Below, piece by piece: positions 23,992 through 36,904 of a stretch of 64,000 bases of DNA. A program made the position numbers and the translations under genes. Numbering within the stretch: position 1 is the first letter of the stretch; every line of letters begins with the position of its first letter. This DNA is from Scyliorhinus canicula (lineage: Eukaryota), in assembly GCF_902713615.1 (NCBI RefSeq), contig NC_052154.1, positions 176,375,873 through 176,439,872 on the forward strand, read 5' to 3'. A model generated the notes under the pieces. It was not told the origin of the DNA. It saw nothing but the letters and a program-made list of their open reading frames with translations, and searched no databases.

Positions 23992-24303
23992 CACCTACTT
24001 GTAGCCGCCAAGTTGGAGTTCTATTGTTCACTGGTAGACAATTAGCACACGGCAGACTATGCAGCAACTGCAAGAGCTAAATTGGTGTCCAGACTGTTGT
24101 ACCTTTCAGTAAATGCATTGTTCCATTTCCACGTACTTAGTTGTACATAGTTACACCTCACACTGCTGGGGGCCTAAACTAAATGCGGAGGATATAGATT
24201 GGGTCTCCGTGATGACTTGGCCACGTGAAACATCACAGGGGTGGAGCGTTGCAGGATTACCTGGGACCTGATGCTGAGAATATGTATGTTAATGAGAGTT
24301 TGT

Positions 24304-25050
24304 GGGCTGGATTCTCCGTTCGTGAGACGTCGGCGCAGGATTCGGGGAGTTCCACGACTGCAAAACTGGCGCCGAGCCTAGACCGATTCAGCGACTGCGG
24401 AGGGGCTGCACAAGCACCACGTGGAACACAATCAACTCCGCTGAAAAACGGTGGGGGATTTGCCGGGTCCGGGAGCGAAGCTGCAGCCGCATAAACACAT
24501 TACAATCCATGTGTACACTCACCCCAGCCAAAAAGGTGGCACAGGTTGTGCTGGAGCACGCCCATGCAGCTGATGGATTGGCTGGGGCCAGAACGCCCCT
24601 CGGGGGTGTGTCCTGGGGGGACACCTATATGACCTGTGGCCCTAAGTTCACAGTGGGCTGTCAGCAGAATGCACAGTTGAATGGCTGACTTTCCGACTGC
24701 AGCAATGGTGTTCTCTGCCCGTCCACCCCGTCCCCACAGCCCACCTCTGGCCACCCCCCCCCCCCCCCCCCGCTATTCCCCCTGGCCCTGGCAGAAGCCG
24801 CCGGCCAACGCCACAACTGTCACAACATTTTCCGTCCAACATCTCTCTCAGCAGCCATGATGTCGGTTTCACGATTTTTAAAATCACAAATGAGTTATGC
24901 CATCACAGGCAGAGAATCGCGGCGGCCCCAGAGAATGGTCAGGCCAATGATATGCAAAAATTGGCGCCCGCCACCATTTTGGCATCAGAACCTATTCTCC
25001 ATTCAAACATGTTTCCCGATTTTGGCGGCCACCAACGCAGAATCCCGCCC
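24304..25050. mobile_element. Harbinger-type non-autonomous element
   Basis: GGGCTGGATTCTCCG / GCAGAATCCCGCCC; flanks TGT/TAT. Confidence 0.8.
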
Positions 25051-25195
25051 TATATGTTGAGTTGATAAGTGTCCCGTTTGTTGAAAACCCCGTGTTGTCG
25101 TTGATTCAACGGACCACGCAGAACTACACTGTCACTTTCTTTATTTATGAAGCTTTGTTGCTAGATTTTTATGTGTGACGCGCTGGCAATACCAC

Positions 25196-25520
25196 GGGTG
25201 GCACGGTGACACAGTGGTTGCACTGCTGCCTCATAGCGCCAGGGTCCTGGGTTCAATTCCGACCTTGGTTGACTGTGTGGAGTTTGCAGGTTTTGCCCGT
25301 GTCTGCGTGGGTTTCCTCCGAGTGCTTCGGTTTCCTCTAAAGATGTGTGGGCTAGGTGGGTTGGCCAGGCTATATTGTCCCTTAGTGTCCAGTGATGTGT
25401 AGGTTATGGGTAGTTACAAGGGAGTGGGCCTAGCTGGGGAGCTCTTTCAGAGGGTCGGTGCAGAACCGATGGGCCGAATGGCCTCATTCTGCGCTTTGGG
25501 AACTGCGAGATTCTGATCTA
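25196..25520 (+). mobile_element. HE1/V-SINE, older copy
   Basis: Diverged head, core and tail. Confidence 0.8.
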
Positions 25521-26074
25521 TGAATACCTCATTCTTCTTGACTTTGAACTTGTTTAACATTTTAGATGAAATGTGGCTCCATTAAATTTAACCAGGTGAC
25601 GGTTGCTCCAGTTGTAGGTTGATGATGCGAATAATAACCACATTACAGTCTTTGTGTGCTGTATATTGCATGACATCTCCAGGGAAATTTAAACAATACA
25701 CTGTTTGAAAATGTTAAATGCTTGTTCAAATGCTCGCTCTTCATTTCGTTGTACTGTTGTTGCTCTGGGGTTAGAGCGTGTACAGAGGTATTAAATAATG
25801 TTAAATATTGTAACCATGATCCCCAGGAGCCATCTATTCACTCAGTTGTCTTGTTCAAAAGGAGAAACAAATCCAGATTGACTCAAAACAAATTTGCCAC
25901 CTGTGGGCAAAGTAATTTATTCATTAAATCGAGATCAAAAATACTGCAGATACTTTTAATCTGAAGTAAAAACAGAAAACGCTGGAAATATTCAGCAGAT
26001 CAGGGAGTGTGGTCTGTTGTCAAAAATAGAAGAAATTTGAGTTTTAACAACTTATAGTTGAGGGGAGAGACATG

Positions 26075-26620
26075 GGGCGGGATTCTCCCAGCCCCGCGCT
26101 GGGCCGGAGAATCCCCGCGAACGGGCCATGCCGCCCCGACGCCGGCTCGCGATTCTCCGACCCGGATGGGTTGAGCGGCCGTAGGAAAGGAGCCGAGTCC
26201 TGCCGTCGCCGTTCTAACCTGCTCTGGGCGGCGGGACCTCGGCGTGCAAGGGTCGGGTGGCAGCCTGTTGGGGGGGGGGGGGGGGGGAGGGGGGTCCGAA
26301 ACCCCGGGGGGGGGGGGGGCGTGCCTCAGATGTGGCCTGGCCCGCGATCAGGACCCACCAATCGGCGGGCCGGCCTGTGGATGGGGGCCTATGCGCCTAC
26401 GCGCCGGCCCCTGTAGCCCTGCGCCATGTTGCGCCGGGGCTGGTGCGTTGATGGAGGCCACTCCGCATGTGCGTGTTGGCGTCGGCGCCACTGCGCATGC
26501 GGGGATACCGCGGTGCCCAGTTCACGCCGGGATCTGCAGCTGGAGCGGCGCAAACTGCTCCAGCGCCGTGCTGGCCCCCTGTAGGGGCCAGAATTACACG
26601 TGGGAGTGACCGTTCACGCC
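26075..26620. mobile_element. Truncated Harbinger-type element (left TIR only)
   Basis: GGGCGGGATTCTCCC with subterminal GGAGAATC/GATTCTCC repeats. Confidence 0.7.
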
Positions 26621-26789
26621 ATTAAGGTTATTAAATAACAATGATTGAGCCAGGAAAGATGGTTGTAATGGGATGAGTGAAGAAACAAAAATTGGGTTGA
26701 GAGAAGCTGAAAGTGGCCACAGCTAAATCATTCCCAGCACTGACTGTCAGATAAATTGGAGCAGGGATTATGATCTGGAATGACTGAAT

Positions 26790-27050
26790 TCAATACTGTC
26801 TCGAAGATGGTGAAGTGCTGAATCAATGGATGACATTATGTTCCTCTAGCTTACATTGAGCTTTATTGGAGCTAAGAGCAGAGAGGTAAGAATGGGAGTG
26901 GAATGGAGAATTTAAAGAGACAGCAGCTGAAAGTTTAGGATCACACTTGCAGACTGAATAGAGGTGTTCAGTAAAGCAATTGCCCCATCCGTGTTTAGTT
27001 ACCCTGCATAGAGGAGACTGCATCGTGTGCAGAAAATACAACTACTAAGT
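26790..27050 (-). mobile_element. Degraded PLE GIY-YIG remnant
   Basis: TKHGWGNCFTEHLYSVCKCDPKL...AQCKLEEHNVI aligns with the 16448-16744 protein. Confidence 0.7.
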
Positions 27051-27059
27051 TGCAAGAAA

Positions 27060-27690
27060 CATAGAAACAGAAACATAGAAAATAGAAGCAGAATTAGGCC
27101 ATTCAGCCCTTCGAGCTTGCTGCGCCATTCATTATGATCACGGCTGATGATGAAGTTCAATACCCTGACCCCGCCTTCCCCCCATATCCCTTGATCCCTT
27201 TAGCCCAGGAGCTACGTTTAATTCCTTTTTGAAATTACACAACGTTTTGGCCTCAACTACTTTCTGTGGTAGTGAATTCCACAGATTCACCACTTTCTGA
27301 GTGAAGAGATTTCTCCTCACCTTAGATAAGGTTTAACACTTATCCACAAACTATGACCCCTCGTTCTGGACTCTCCCACCATCAGGAACATTCTTTCCGA
27401 ATCTACCCTGTCTAATCCTGTTTGAACTTTGTAAGTTTCTATGAGATCCCCTCTCATTCTTCTTAACTCCAATGAATATAATCCTAACCGATCTAGTCTC
27501 TCCTCATATGACAGTCCCGCAATCCCAGGAATCAGTCTGGTGCACTCCCTCCAGAGGAAGAAAGTCCTTCCTCAGATAAGGACACCAATACTCCAGGTGT
27601 GACCTCACCAATGCCCTATACAATTGTAGTAAAACATCTCTCTTCCTATACTCAAATCCTCTCACTATGAAAGCCAACATACCATTTGCC
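27060..27690 (-). mobile_element. CR1 LINE 3' end
   Basis: MRRNLFTQKVVNLWNSLPQKVVEA; (TTCTATGT)n-type tail. Confidence 0.88.
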
Positions 27691-27694
27691 TGTC

Positions 27695-28215
27695 AGCATG
27701 TGGAGGCTTTGGAGAGGGTGCAGAGGAGGTTTACCAGGATGTTGCCTGGTCTGGAGGGTGTTAGCTATGTGACAAGGCTGAATAGACTTGGACTGTTTTC
27801 ATTAGAAAGACGGAGGTTGAGGGGTGACCTCATAGAGGTCTGCAAGATTATGAGGGGCATGGATAGAGTGGATAGGCAGACACTCTTTCCCAGGTTGGAG
27901 GGGTCAGTCACCAGGTGGCATAGGTTTAAGGTCCGTGGGGCAAAGTTTAGAGGAGATGTGTGAAGCAGGTCTTTTACGCAGAGGGTGATCAGTGCCTGGA
28001 ACACATTGCCAGGGGAGGTTGTGGAAGCAGATACATTAACGATGTTCAAATAGCATCTTGGACAAACACATGGATTGGATGGGTATAGAGGGATACGGCA
28101 CAAGGAAGTGCTAACGGTTTTGGCAAGGGCTAGTGTCATGACCGGTACAGGCTTTGAGGGCCGAAGGGCTTGTTCCTGTGTTGTATTGTTGTTTGTTCTT
28201 TGTTCTTTGTATTCT
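27695..28215 (+). mobile_element. CR1 LINE 3' end, different subfamily
   Basis: VEALERVQRRFTRMLPGLEGVSY..RLRGDLIEV; GGGCCGAAGGG tail. Confidence 0.9.
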
Positions 28216-28249
28216 GTGATGAAGATCAGGCCCTGGAGATTTGCCGGCC

Positions 28250-29100
28250 TTCAATTCCATTAATTTCCCCCAAACCACATTTCTTTACTCACACTAATTT
28301 CCTTAAACTCCTCACTAAAACATGTGCTTCTCAGAACTTCTGGTACATTATTCATATCTTCCTTTGTGAAGACGGAAGCAAACAGCAAATTTAGTTCCTC
28401 AGCCATTTCTTTGCTCCCTGTTATGAATTCCCCCGTTTCTGACTGTATGGGACCGACATGAGTTTTTATTAATCTTTTTCTCTTTACATACCTATTGAAA
28501 TTTCTCCAGTCAGTTTTTATGTTGCCCACTAGTTCACTTTCATATTGTATTTTCCCCTTCTTAATCAATCCCTTGGACTGCCTTTGCTGAATTTTAAACT
28601 GTTCCCAATCCTCAGGTCTATTACTTTTTTCTTGCTAATTCGTATGCCTCTTCTTTGAATCTAATACTATCTCTAATTTCCCTTGTAAGCCATGGTTTGG
28701 CCATAGTTCCCTTTCTACTCTTGTGCCAAATAGGAATAAACAACTTTTGGAGTTCATCTATTCGTTCCTTGAATACCTGCCATTGTCTGCCTGCTGTCCT
28801 TCCTTTCAATAATGTTTCCCAGTCCGTCATTGCCAGCTCATGCCTTATACCATCACAGCTACCTTTATTGAGGTTCAAGACCTTGGTCTCAGATTTGACG
28901 ACCTAACTATTCACCTTGATAAAGAATTCTACCGTATTATGGTCTCTCATCCCCAAGGGTTCTCTCATGACTAGATTGCCAACTAATCCTTTCTCATTGC
29001 ACAACACCCAATCCAAGATAGCCTGCTCCCTTATTGGTTCCTGAACATACTGGTCTAGAAAACCATCCCGCATACACTCCAGAAATTCCTCCTCTATGGT
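28250..29100 (-). mobile_element. CR1 ORF2 endonuclease/linker fragment
   Basis: PWLTREIRDSIR, YESELVGNIKTD, EMAEELN..FASVFTKED. Confidence 0.88.
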
Positions 29101-29267
29101 ATATATAATAATAATAATCGCTTATTATTACAATATCACAAGCAGTCCTTTGGGTGTAGGTACACCCTTTGTGCTGTCAGGGAGGGAGTTCCAGGATTTT
29201 TCCCCAGAGACAGTGAAGAACAGCGATATATTTTCATGTCTGGATGGTGAGTGACTTATTTTTTTGA

Positions 29268-29447
29268 AATCTTTATTGTCACAAGTAGGCTTACATTAAC
29301 TCTGCAATAATGTTATTGTGAAAAGTCCCTAGTCGCCACATTCTGGCGCCTGTTCGGGGAGGCTGGAACGGGAATTGAACCCGCGCTGCTGGTCTTGTTC
29401 TGCATTACAAGCCAGCTGTCTTGGCCCACTGTGCTAAACCAGCCCCT
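29268..29447 (-). mobile_element. Short SINE family 2 (GGGGCTGGTTTAGCAC head + third tail)
   Basis: Different tRNA-like head joined to the CGAACAGGCGCC..GTGACAATAAA tail. Confidence 0.8.
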
Positions 29448-30321
29448 ACATGGAAATATAAGCTAATCACTCTTTCACCTGGAGGAAATATGTTGGATCT
29501 TGGATGGAGGGACACTGTGAGAGAGTTTTTGCATCTCCTGCACTCATACAGATGGTGCGTGGGAAGTGGAGCAGGAACTGGAGGGTAGAATGGATCAGAG
29601 TGTAGCAGAGGGAACGGACCATTTGAAATGCTGCAAAGGACCAGGCGTGATGCGGCTATCACACTGGAATGTGACAGAAATAGCAGGGGACAGTCCTTGA
29701 AATGTGGAAACTAGTTGGCTGAAGGAGAGGACAATAGGGATACCATTATGATTCAAGAAAAGTGGGGGAGGGGTAGAGCAGAAGCTTAGGAAATGGGATT
29801 GAAATAGTTTCCTGACTCCCTTATCTCAGCATTATCCATAGGGGTAATGTGATTTCAAGTCACTGGATATAAAAATCAGGAGAGATGTAAAGTGAATTGC
29901 CGACTTGTTATCACCCATTTTGCACTGTCACGCTCAGTCAACTTTACCTCCAAACTGTCCAGCAATCTGGAAAGCTAGCATTTACATTAAAACATCGACT
30001 GCATGGCAAGTGTTGCTCTTAGGATTTTGGAAAATGAATGTATTTTTCTCTCCTCATGATAAACCCATCCATCACTTCTGTGTACATGTCAACAATTTGG
30101 GACTGTGTGCCGCCAGTGTCATACTTTTCTGATGCCTAAAGGAGTCTGTAGCAGAAAAATTGATAGCTGCCATTACATTCACTGCTAAGCATGCAGCATC
30201 AGGGATGGGGAGTTTAGACAGTCATTGAAATTGTGGTAAGAGTCAGAGTGCTATTTCAGTTCAGCCAAAACTATTGCAGATATTGTTACTCTGTCAAAGC
30301 CAACTCACTTGCTTCAGGGCA

Positions 30322-30352
<31 letters not shown>

Positions 30353-30404
30353 ATTCTCCACATCTACGGCCTCATTCTTTTCTGTGACACAACATCAGTG
30401 ACGA

Positions 30405-30590
30405 AGGCTGGTATTTTCCAGCCCTTGCTGCGAGTGGGATATTCCGGTCCCGTCGAAGGTGCCCACCACTGCAGGTCCCCCATGGCATGGCCGACGGGCA
30501 ACGCAAATGGCCATTGACTTCAACGGAACCAGAGGGTCTGCCCACAGGCATTGGCATTCTCCACAATCGGAGAACAGAAAATACCAGCCT
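30405..30590. mobile_element. Short palindromic MITE
   Basis: Perfect 14-bp TIR AGGCTGGTATTTTC / GAAAATACCAGCCT. Confidence 0.75.
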
Positions 30591-30749
30591 AAGACTGATA
30601 ACTCACACATGAGCCATCGAATGGCAGGATGAATTTAGTGTGTAACATTCTCACCTGAGTCAGGAACTCTCATTTTGGGTTCGTGATCCATACCAGGTCT
30701 TGACTACATAACATAGGATGACATTTCAGAAAAGAACAATGCGAAGACT

Positions 30750-31682
30750 TTGGCCTGGATTATGGCGATGTGGGCACAAAATCCCGCGAGAAGCCAAAAG
30801 CGAGAACCTCGCCGGCGAGTTCTCCCATCATGCTTGTCCATGTCCCTCGCCATTGATGTAACGCCCAAGAGGAACGGGAACCTCATTCAAATACATTATC
30901 ATATTAGTAGTGGACTTCCCTGCTGCCTTGTGCCTGACATTTGGATTTCCCCCTACATGATGTAACGACAGTAATGTTCACAACAGCTCAATAACAACAT
31001 GAACCAGATGAAGAGACCACACCAGGGTTGTACAGGTAAGTATGGCCACCAGATGGGAGAGGGACATGGCTGGGCAATGCCAAGTTTCAGTGCCGGAGAG
31101 CTATTCTGGCAGCTGCATGCGGAGGGGATCCCCGTGTCCATGGGGTGGTGGGGGTGGGTGGGCTTTGTCTTGTATGTGGAGGGTAGTCCCTGTGAATGTG
31201 GTGGGGGGCGGGCGGTTTCCCTTGTCCGTAGGAGAGGATTTCCTCATGTATGTGGAGGGGGTGTCACTGTGGGCATGGGGGGGGGGGGGGTTTCCCCTTG
31301 TGCCTTCCCGGTTTCTCATTTTGGAGGATGGCAGCTGCCCAAGTGCATGTGGGGGGGGGGGGGGGGTGTCTCCCCGTCCATGGTGGTGGGGATGGGAGGG
31401 GTGAGAGGTGTATTTTTGTTTTGTTTTTACCAGAGATCCTTTAATCACTGTGCACTGGGGCGGCCTTTAAAAATTACATCCTTTAAAAACGGTGCCCCGA
31501 TATCTGGAAACCAAAAGTTGCCAGCTTTTCCATTCCCTGTCCTGCCAGCGCATGGCATGGGGTATGCCTCCATCATTCTTTTCTTTCTAAGTGCTGCGCA
31601 ATATGGTGAGAAAAGACATCACTTTTCTCGCCTGGTGGGCACAAAATCCCACTTTGTAGAAAAAAATGGAACATTTCGCCCA
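30750..31682. mobile_element. Older GC-rich non-autonomous DNA element
   Basis: G-run/TGCCA-TGGCA interior typical of the other Harbinger-type elements here; degraded ends. Confidence 0.5.
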
Positions 31683-32239
31683 CAATGGTAAACAACTGAG
31701 AAGGTAAATTGCTCGCCCTTTTACTGCTCAAATGGGCAAGAAGAACCACTTAATTCAAACGAATACCAGCAGGGAGATCTCCTGGTGTCCTGACCAATAT
31801 TCTTTCCTCAAGCAAAAAACTTCTATGAGACCTTGTTGTGCATTAATTGGTCACTGCATTTGCCGACATCATATCAAAGTACACACAATAAAATGCTTTG
31901 AGGGATCCTGTATTTAGGAATTATATAAATGCCAACTCCCTGTCTGCAGAATTGATCACCACAAAAACAGGGAATTTGATCCACCATTCATCAATGTTCC
32001 ATCTCCCCGATGTAGACAGCAGGCAGACTTTGTACTGTTCATTCTTCACCATGATTATAATGTGCGGCCAGCACTCCGAATGCGGTTGAATGGCTGTCTG
32101 CCTGATCTGGAGGTGCAAAATCGTAAGAGACGAGCTAAAGTTCAAGCTAAGCCTCCTGTACTTAGAGGGGGACTATCCTTTGACTGGGGCAGGTGTTCGA
32201 AGATATTGAAATGTAAGATAGATCTGGAAAAGACACAAC

Positions 32240-32800
32240 ATGGCAGAGAGTGAGCTTCCCAATTCTGCTCTGGAGGTATTGAGGCAGGAGGCAGAGAGCA
32301 GCAGCAATGTCATCTCTCTGCAGTGGCCCATCAAGACAAATTTTGAAAAATTGTGGAAGGAGTCTGGTCTGAGGAACTGAATGCTGTGGCATAACCACTC
32401 ACCCGAGTGGTTATGATCAGTGAATGCAGTGAATATATCTTCAAAGCCCATTATTCCACAGCCTGCCCAATGCACCACATCACCTACTTTATCATTATCA
32501 ATCATTACACTCATAGCTTCATTTCACCCTTACACACTTGGCACTTCTGTCAGCCTCACACCTAAATCTAACAGCTTGCACACACCGCCAACTATTCAAC
32601 CATTAAAGACACATCACCAAAGCAAAATGCATAACACTAAGTAACACACTTCCCTTTATGTGCAGAACAAGGTGGCATATAACCAAGGAGAGCAGCATTC
32701 AGCAAGCAGGGATAAGGCTCAGATGCATTCCCTACTCTTGCGTGCTTACCAGCATTTGGGTGACCTGAGCCTGTGACCAATTGCAGAGGTGATGTTATCC
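32240..32800 (+). pseudogene. Possible fossil Harbinger Myb/SANT-like ORF
   Basis: MAESELPNSALEVLRQEAESSSNVI...KLWKE resembles the N-terminus of Harbinger Myb-like proteins; faces the fossil transposase at 34240-35040. Confidence 0.4.
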
Positions 32801-32861
32801 TCATGCTGAATCCTTCTCACATCTCACTCCCTTCTAATCTCACAACCCCTTATGATTTGAG

Positions 32862-33045
32862 GTGGCGACACAGTGGTGCAGTGGTTAGCACTGCTTCCTT
32901 ATGACGTTGAGGACCCGGGTTCGAACCTGTCCCTGGGTAACTGTCCGTGTCTCCCCTGTCTGTGTGGGTCTCACCCCCAAAACCCAAAGATGTGCAGGTT
33001 AGGTGGATTGGCCACGCTAAATTGCCACTTAATTGGAAAAATGAG
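32862..33045 (+). mobile_element. HE1-head SINE, A-rich tail
   Basis: Head, core and AATTGGAAAA end. Confidence 0.8.
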
Positions 33046-33229
33046 AAAAGAAAATCTCTTTTTGCAAGTTACACCTCTTCCTTCCCCAGCTCCCTTCACC
33101 ACAACCCCAGCCTTGTCCCATTCTCCTGACAGATACGCAGGATGGAAGTTTCCTACCCCTTCCCACGGTGGATGTAATGCATGGGAGGTGAAAGGTCAGT
33201 CTCCCACTGAGGTAAAATGACAGCGGAAA

Positions 33230-33635
33230 CATAAGAACATAAGAACATAAGAACTAGGAGCAGGAGTAGGCCATCTGGCCCCTCGAGCCTGCTCCGCCAT
33301 TCAATTAGATCATGGCTGATCTTTTGTGGACTCAGCTCCACTTTCCGGCCCGAACACCATAACCCTTAATCCCTTTATTCTTCAAAAATCTATCTATCTT
33401 TACCTTAAAAACATGTAATGAAGGAGCCTCAACTGCTTCACTGGGCAAGGAATTCCATAGATTCACAACCCTTTGGGTGAAGAAGTTCCTCCTAAACTCA
33501 GTCCTAAATCTACTTCCCCTTATTTTGAGGCTATGCCCCCTAGTTCTGCTGTCACCCGCCAGTGGAAACAACCTGCCCGCATCTATCCTATCTATTCCCT
33601 TCATAATTTTAAATGTTTCTATAAGATCCCCCCTC
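33230..33635 (-). mobile_element. Young CR1 3' end
   Basis: Open frame RGDLIETFKIMKGIDRID..RRNFFTQRVVNLWNSLP; (ATAAGAAC)n tail on +. Confidence 0.9.
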
Positions 33636-34239
33636 AACATGCGCCTCCTGCCCATTATGGTGGGTCACCATTGCAACAGAGGTCGGTATGAAACTATTTT
33701 GCATCCCATTAATGGAATGCCAGGGTGAATTAGTTTAGTCGCTGTGCACTGGGGCAGTCTTTAAAATTGAGATGCCGTTCCTCGAGTTTCTAAATTGCGG
33801 GCGGGATGGGCGAATCAGAGGCCGCCACGCCAGCGAGACATTGTGGGATCCGTCCTTTGAAGCCTTGGGCCATATGGCTGAGAAAGTCACCATTGCTGTC
33901 AGCAACTTCAAAACCGCCCCCCCCCCCCCCCCCTCCACCACCACCCCACCCCCACCGACATCAGCCTTTGCCGATATCTGGGGAAATCCTGGTTACTGTC
34001 AGCCACCTTCACACACACAGCCACTCGCTCAGATACTGACACATGTGTGCTTTAAAGGCTCGCCTGGAGGTCAAACCTAACTAGGCACAGGCGGGTTGCA
34101 ACCAGGCAGGGAACAAAGAATGTGCAGGTGCCGGCTTGCCCATTTGACTCATTCAAACTTCGGTGGAGCAGCCAAGAGAAGAAGGCCGATGGGTATGCAA
34201 ACTAAATGGCTCCTCCTTCACTGGTTGCTGTAGCACTGT

Positions 34240-35040
34240 TGGCAAGGGCTGTGCCTTACGATATTCAGTTTATGCAGCATCTATCAGGCAATTCTGAGTG
34301 TTGACAGGGACAAGACTGAGAACAGCATGGCTCCTCTAGAACTGTTCATGCTGCACAAATATTTCTGCAGCATCTGAGTTGCCTGCTTACTCACCTTTCA
34401 TGTGGCACCATGGCCTTTAGTGTATAAGACCTGTGGTCAGCAGATGGTTCATCTGTGGTGACTTAAATGTAGATGGGACAGAGGACTGTCGCAGAATTAA
34501 GGCATTATAACTATACCTAAAATACTGAGGATTGACCCATATGATATTCTGAGCATGGTTGCACACCAGCTAGACATTGGGGAAGCGGAACCTCTGCTTG
34601 TTGTAGTACATGTAAGAGTTGACTCACATGCAGCCAATGGCAATCTGCACCTTTGGGAAACCTGTAATCCTCACAAAGCCGTGATCTCACTTGTCAGCTT
34701 CTCTCTGGAAAGGGAGAATGAAATGTATTCAACTCCTGGATTACAGTTTCTCAGTGGCCACCCCTTTGCAACAGTGGATGGTGAACCAGGATTTGTTCAA
34801 ATAGCACCTGCTCCAGCCTGGAAGGTGTCAGCTGGATGGAAAGTCATGGTAGTGGGCAACTTCATAGTCACTGGTAATGGGTGTCCATCAGCCAGCCCTG
34901 AGACAACAGTTGTGGCTTCACTCACTGGCCGATTGCTTCGATTATCTTTGCAGTGAAATAAAAATGTCTGACACACTTCCTTCTTGTCACATTTTAGACG
35001 CGCTCATACAAGGAGGCAGAACCGAAGAATATTCAGCTCA
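34240..35040 (-). pseudogene. Second fossil Harbinger (HARBI1-like) transposase
   Basis: LPVTMKLPTTMTF..DTFQAGAG; GFVRITGFPKVQIAIGC; YYNKQRFRFPNV*LVCNH; NALILRQS; QMLQKYLCSMN. Confidence 0.7.
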
Positions 35041-35125
35041 CGAGTTGAGTTAGTTGCATCATTGCGTATTGCACATACTCCGCTACTTTATATATCATGA
35101 ACATAATATTAGAATGTTATTGTGA

Positions 35126-35465
35126 GCGGCATGGTGGAACAATGGTTAGCACTGCTGCCTCGCAGCGCCCGGCACCCCGGTTCAATTCCGGCCTCAGGTG
35201 TCTGTTTGTGTGGAGTTTGCACTTTCTCCCCGTGTCTGCGTGGGTTTCCTCCGGGTGCTCCGGTTTCCTCCCACAGTCTAAAGATGCGCAGGTTAGGTGG
35301 ATTGGCCATTCTAAATTGCCCCTTAGTGTCAAAAACTGTGCAGATTAGGTAGTGTTACAGGGATAGGGCGTGAGAGTGGGCCTAGGTAAGATGCTCTTTC
35401 AGACGGCACGTGCTGACTCAATGGGCCATATGGCCTCCTTCTGCATTGAAGGGATTCTATGGATT
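35126..35465 (+). mobile_element. HE1/V-SINE
   Basis: Full head, core and tail. Confidence 0.85.
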
Positions 35466-36042
35466 AAACTGCTTCCTCCTTCTATTATTTCCACTCATTA
35501 TGCATATATGAGAAACATATCTGAAATTCTATATCTAAATGCAAAGGGTCATTATTAGTCCTGTTTTTGGAAAATTAAACCCATTGAGAACCTACCCAAC
35601 TATGTTCCATAATGAAACCTACTTCAACAAAATATTGCAATATTGAAGATGCAATTGAAGAAATATCTTTAAATTTCCCAGAATTCTCTTCCATTATTTC
35701 CCACAAAGGACTCCTGTTTATTTTCTTTGTTCCCATTTTATTTTATTATTTTTGGCTGTGGACCCATAATCAGAAAGCGCTTTTAAGCAGAAGATTCAAG
35801 CAGTAGCAGTCTGCTTATTGGGACACTATGTTCCCAGGTATTGTGCAGATGCTTTGCTGCCAAGAGGATCTTAGAAACCAGCTTTGGAGGAAGTTGGTTC
35901 AATTGGTTGGCTGACAACCAGTGGGTTGGCTAGAGATGTGGTCTGTCTGACAACAGTCAGTGACAACAGTCTCTTTCTCACTCGCTGTCTCGCTCTCTCT
36001 CACATGTTTGCTCTAAACTTCAAATGATCTTTAACCTATGGA

Positions 36043-36365
36043 GAATCGTAGAATCCCTACAGCGCAGAGGAAGGTCATTTGGCCCATCGAGTCTGCACCG
36101 ACCCTCTGAAAGGGCACTCTACCCAGCTCCACTGTCCCACCCCACCCTATCCCTGCAACTCTGTAACCTAACCTCCACAACACTGGACACAAAGGGGCAA
36201 TTTATCATGGCCAATCTACCTAACCTGCATATCTTTGGACTGTGGGAGGAAACCCAAGCAGACACGAGGAGAAAGTGCAAACTCCACACAGTCACCTGAG
36301 GCCGGAATTGAACACGGGTCCCTGGTGCTGTGAAGCAGCAGGGCTAACCACTGTGCCACTGTGTC
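36043..36365 (-). mobile_element. HE1/V-SINE
   Basis: Head, core and tail on the minus strand. Confidence 0.82.
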
Positions 36366-36904
36366 ACTTCATGGCACAAAAGTAGACAACCTTGCCAGAG
36401 AAATCCATCTCAAGCCTAGAAGGAAGAAGTACCCAAAGAAAAACTTTGAACCCCAGAAAGACATTAACTAGAAGCCATCCTAGTGCATCAAACATCCTTT
36501 ATCCTTTAATTTTTCTTGATATCTTCTTTAGTCCCCAACCACCCTTTCCCCTCTGTGTTGTTTTTCTGTGTGTGTATGTGTGTTTAGAGTGACATAGTAA
36601 GAAGGGGTATTACTAAGTCAGTGACATTTTTATCAGTTTAATTATAAAACTATACATAATAAATGGTTACTTGTGTTTGAATTTTACAAACCTGGTTACT
36701 GAAGTTTATCGGGCTCAGTCAAGTTCCTCAGGTATTTTAAAATCATGTTTAATTTCACTTGTATTGTGACTCCGTGCTGAGTGGGGCTGGAATTGACTGC
36801 ACTAGCCCAGGGTAAATTGACAAGCGTCTCATTCTCCTCTTAGAAATTAGATATGAAATGTCTCCAACTGCCGAGGAGATAGATGGTCACCCATCAGAAT
36901 ACCA

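Noticed and set aside
24096-25128. Possible solo LTR around the MITE (TGTTG..TACA)
   Set aside because: No matching TSD and no second copy in the window.
30999-31691. 230-aa plus-strand ORF
   Set aside because: Gly-rich translation of G-run-rich DNA-element interior; no domain motifs.
34555-34956. 133-aa plus-strand ORF as a host exon
   Set aside because: The opposite strand carries Harbinger transposase motifs.
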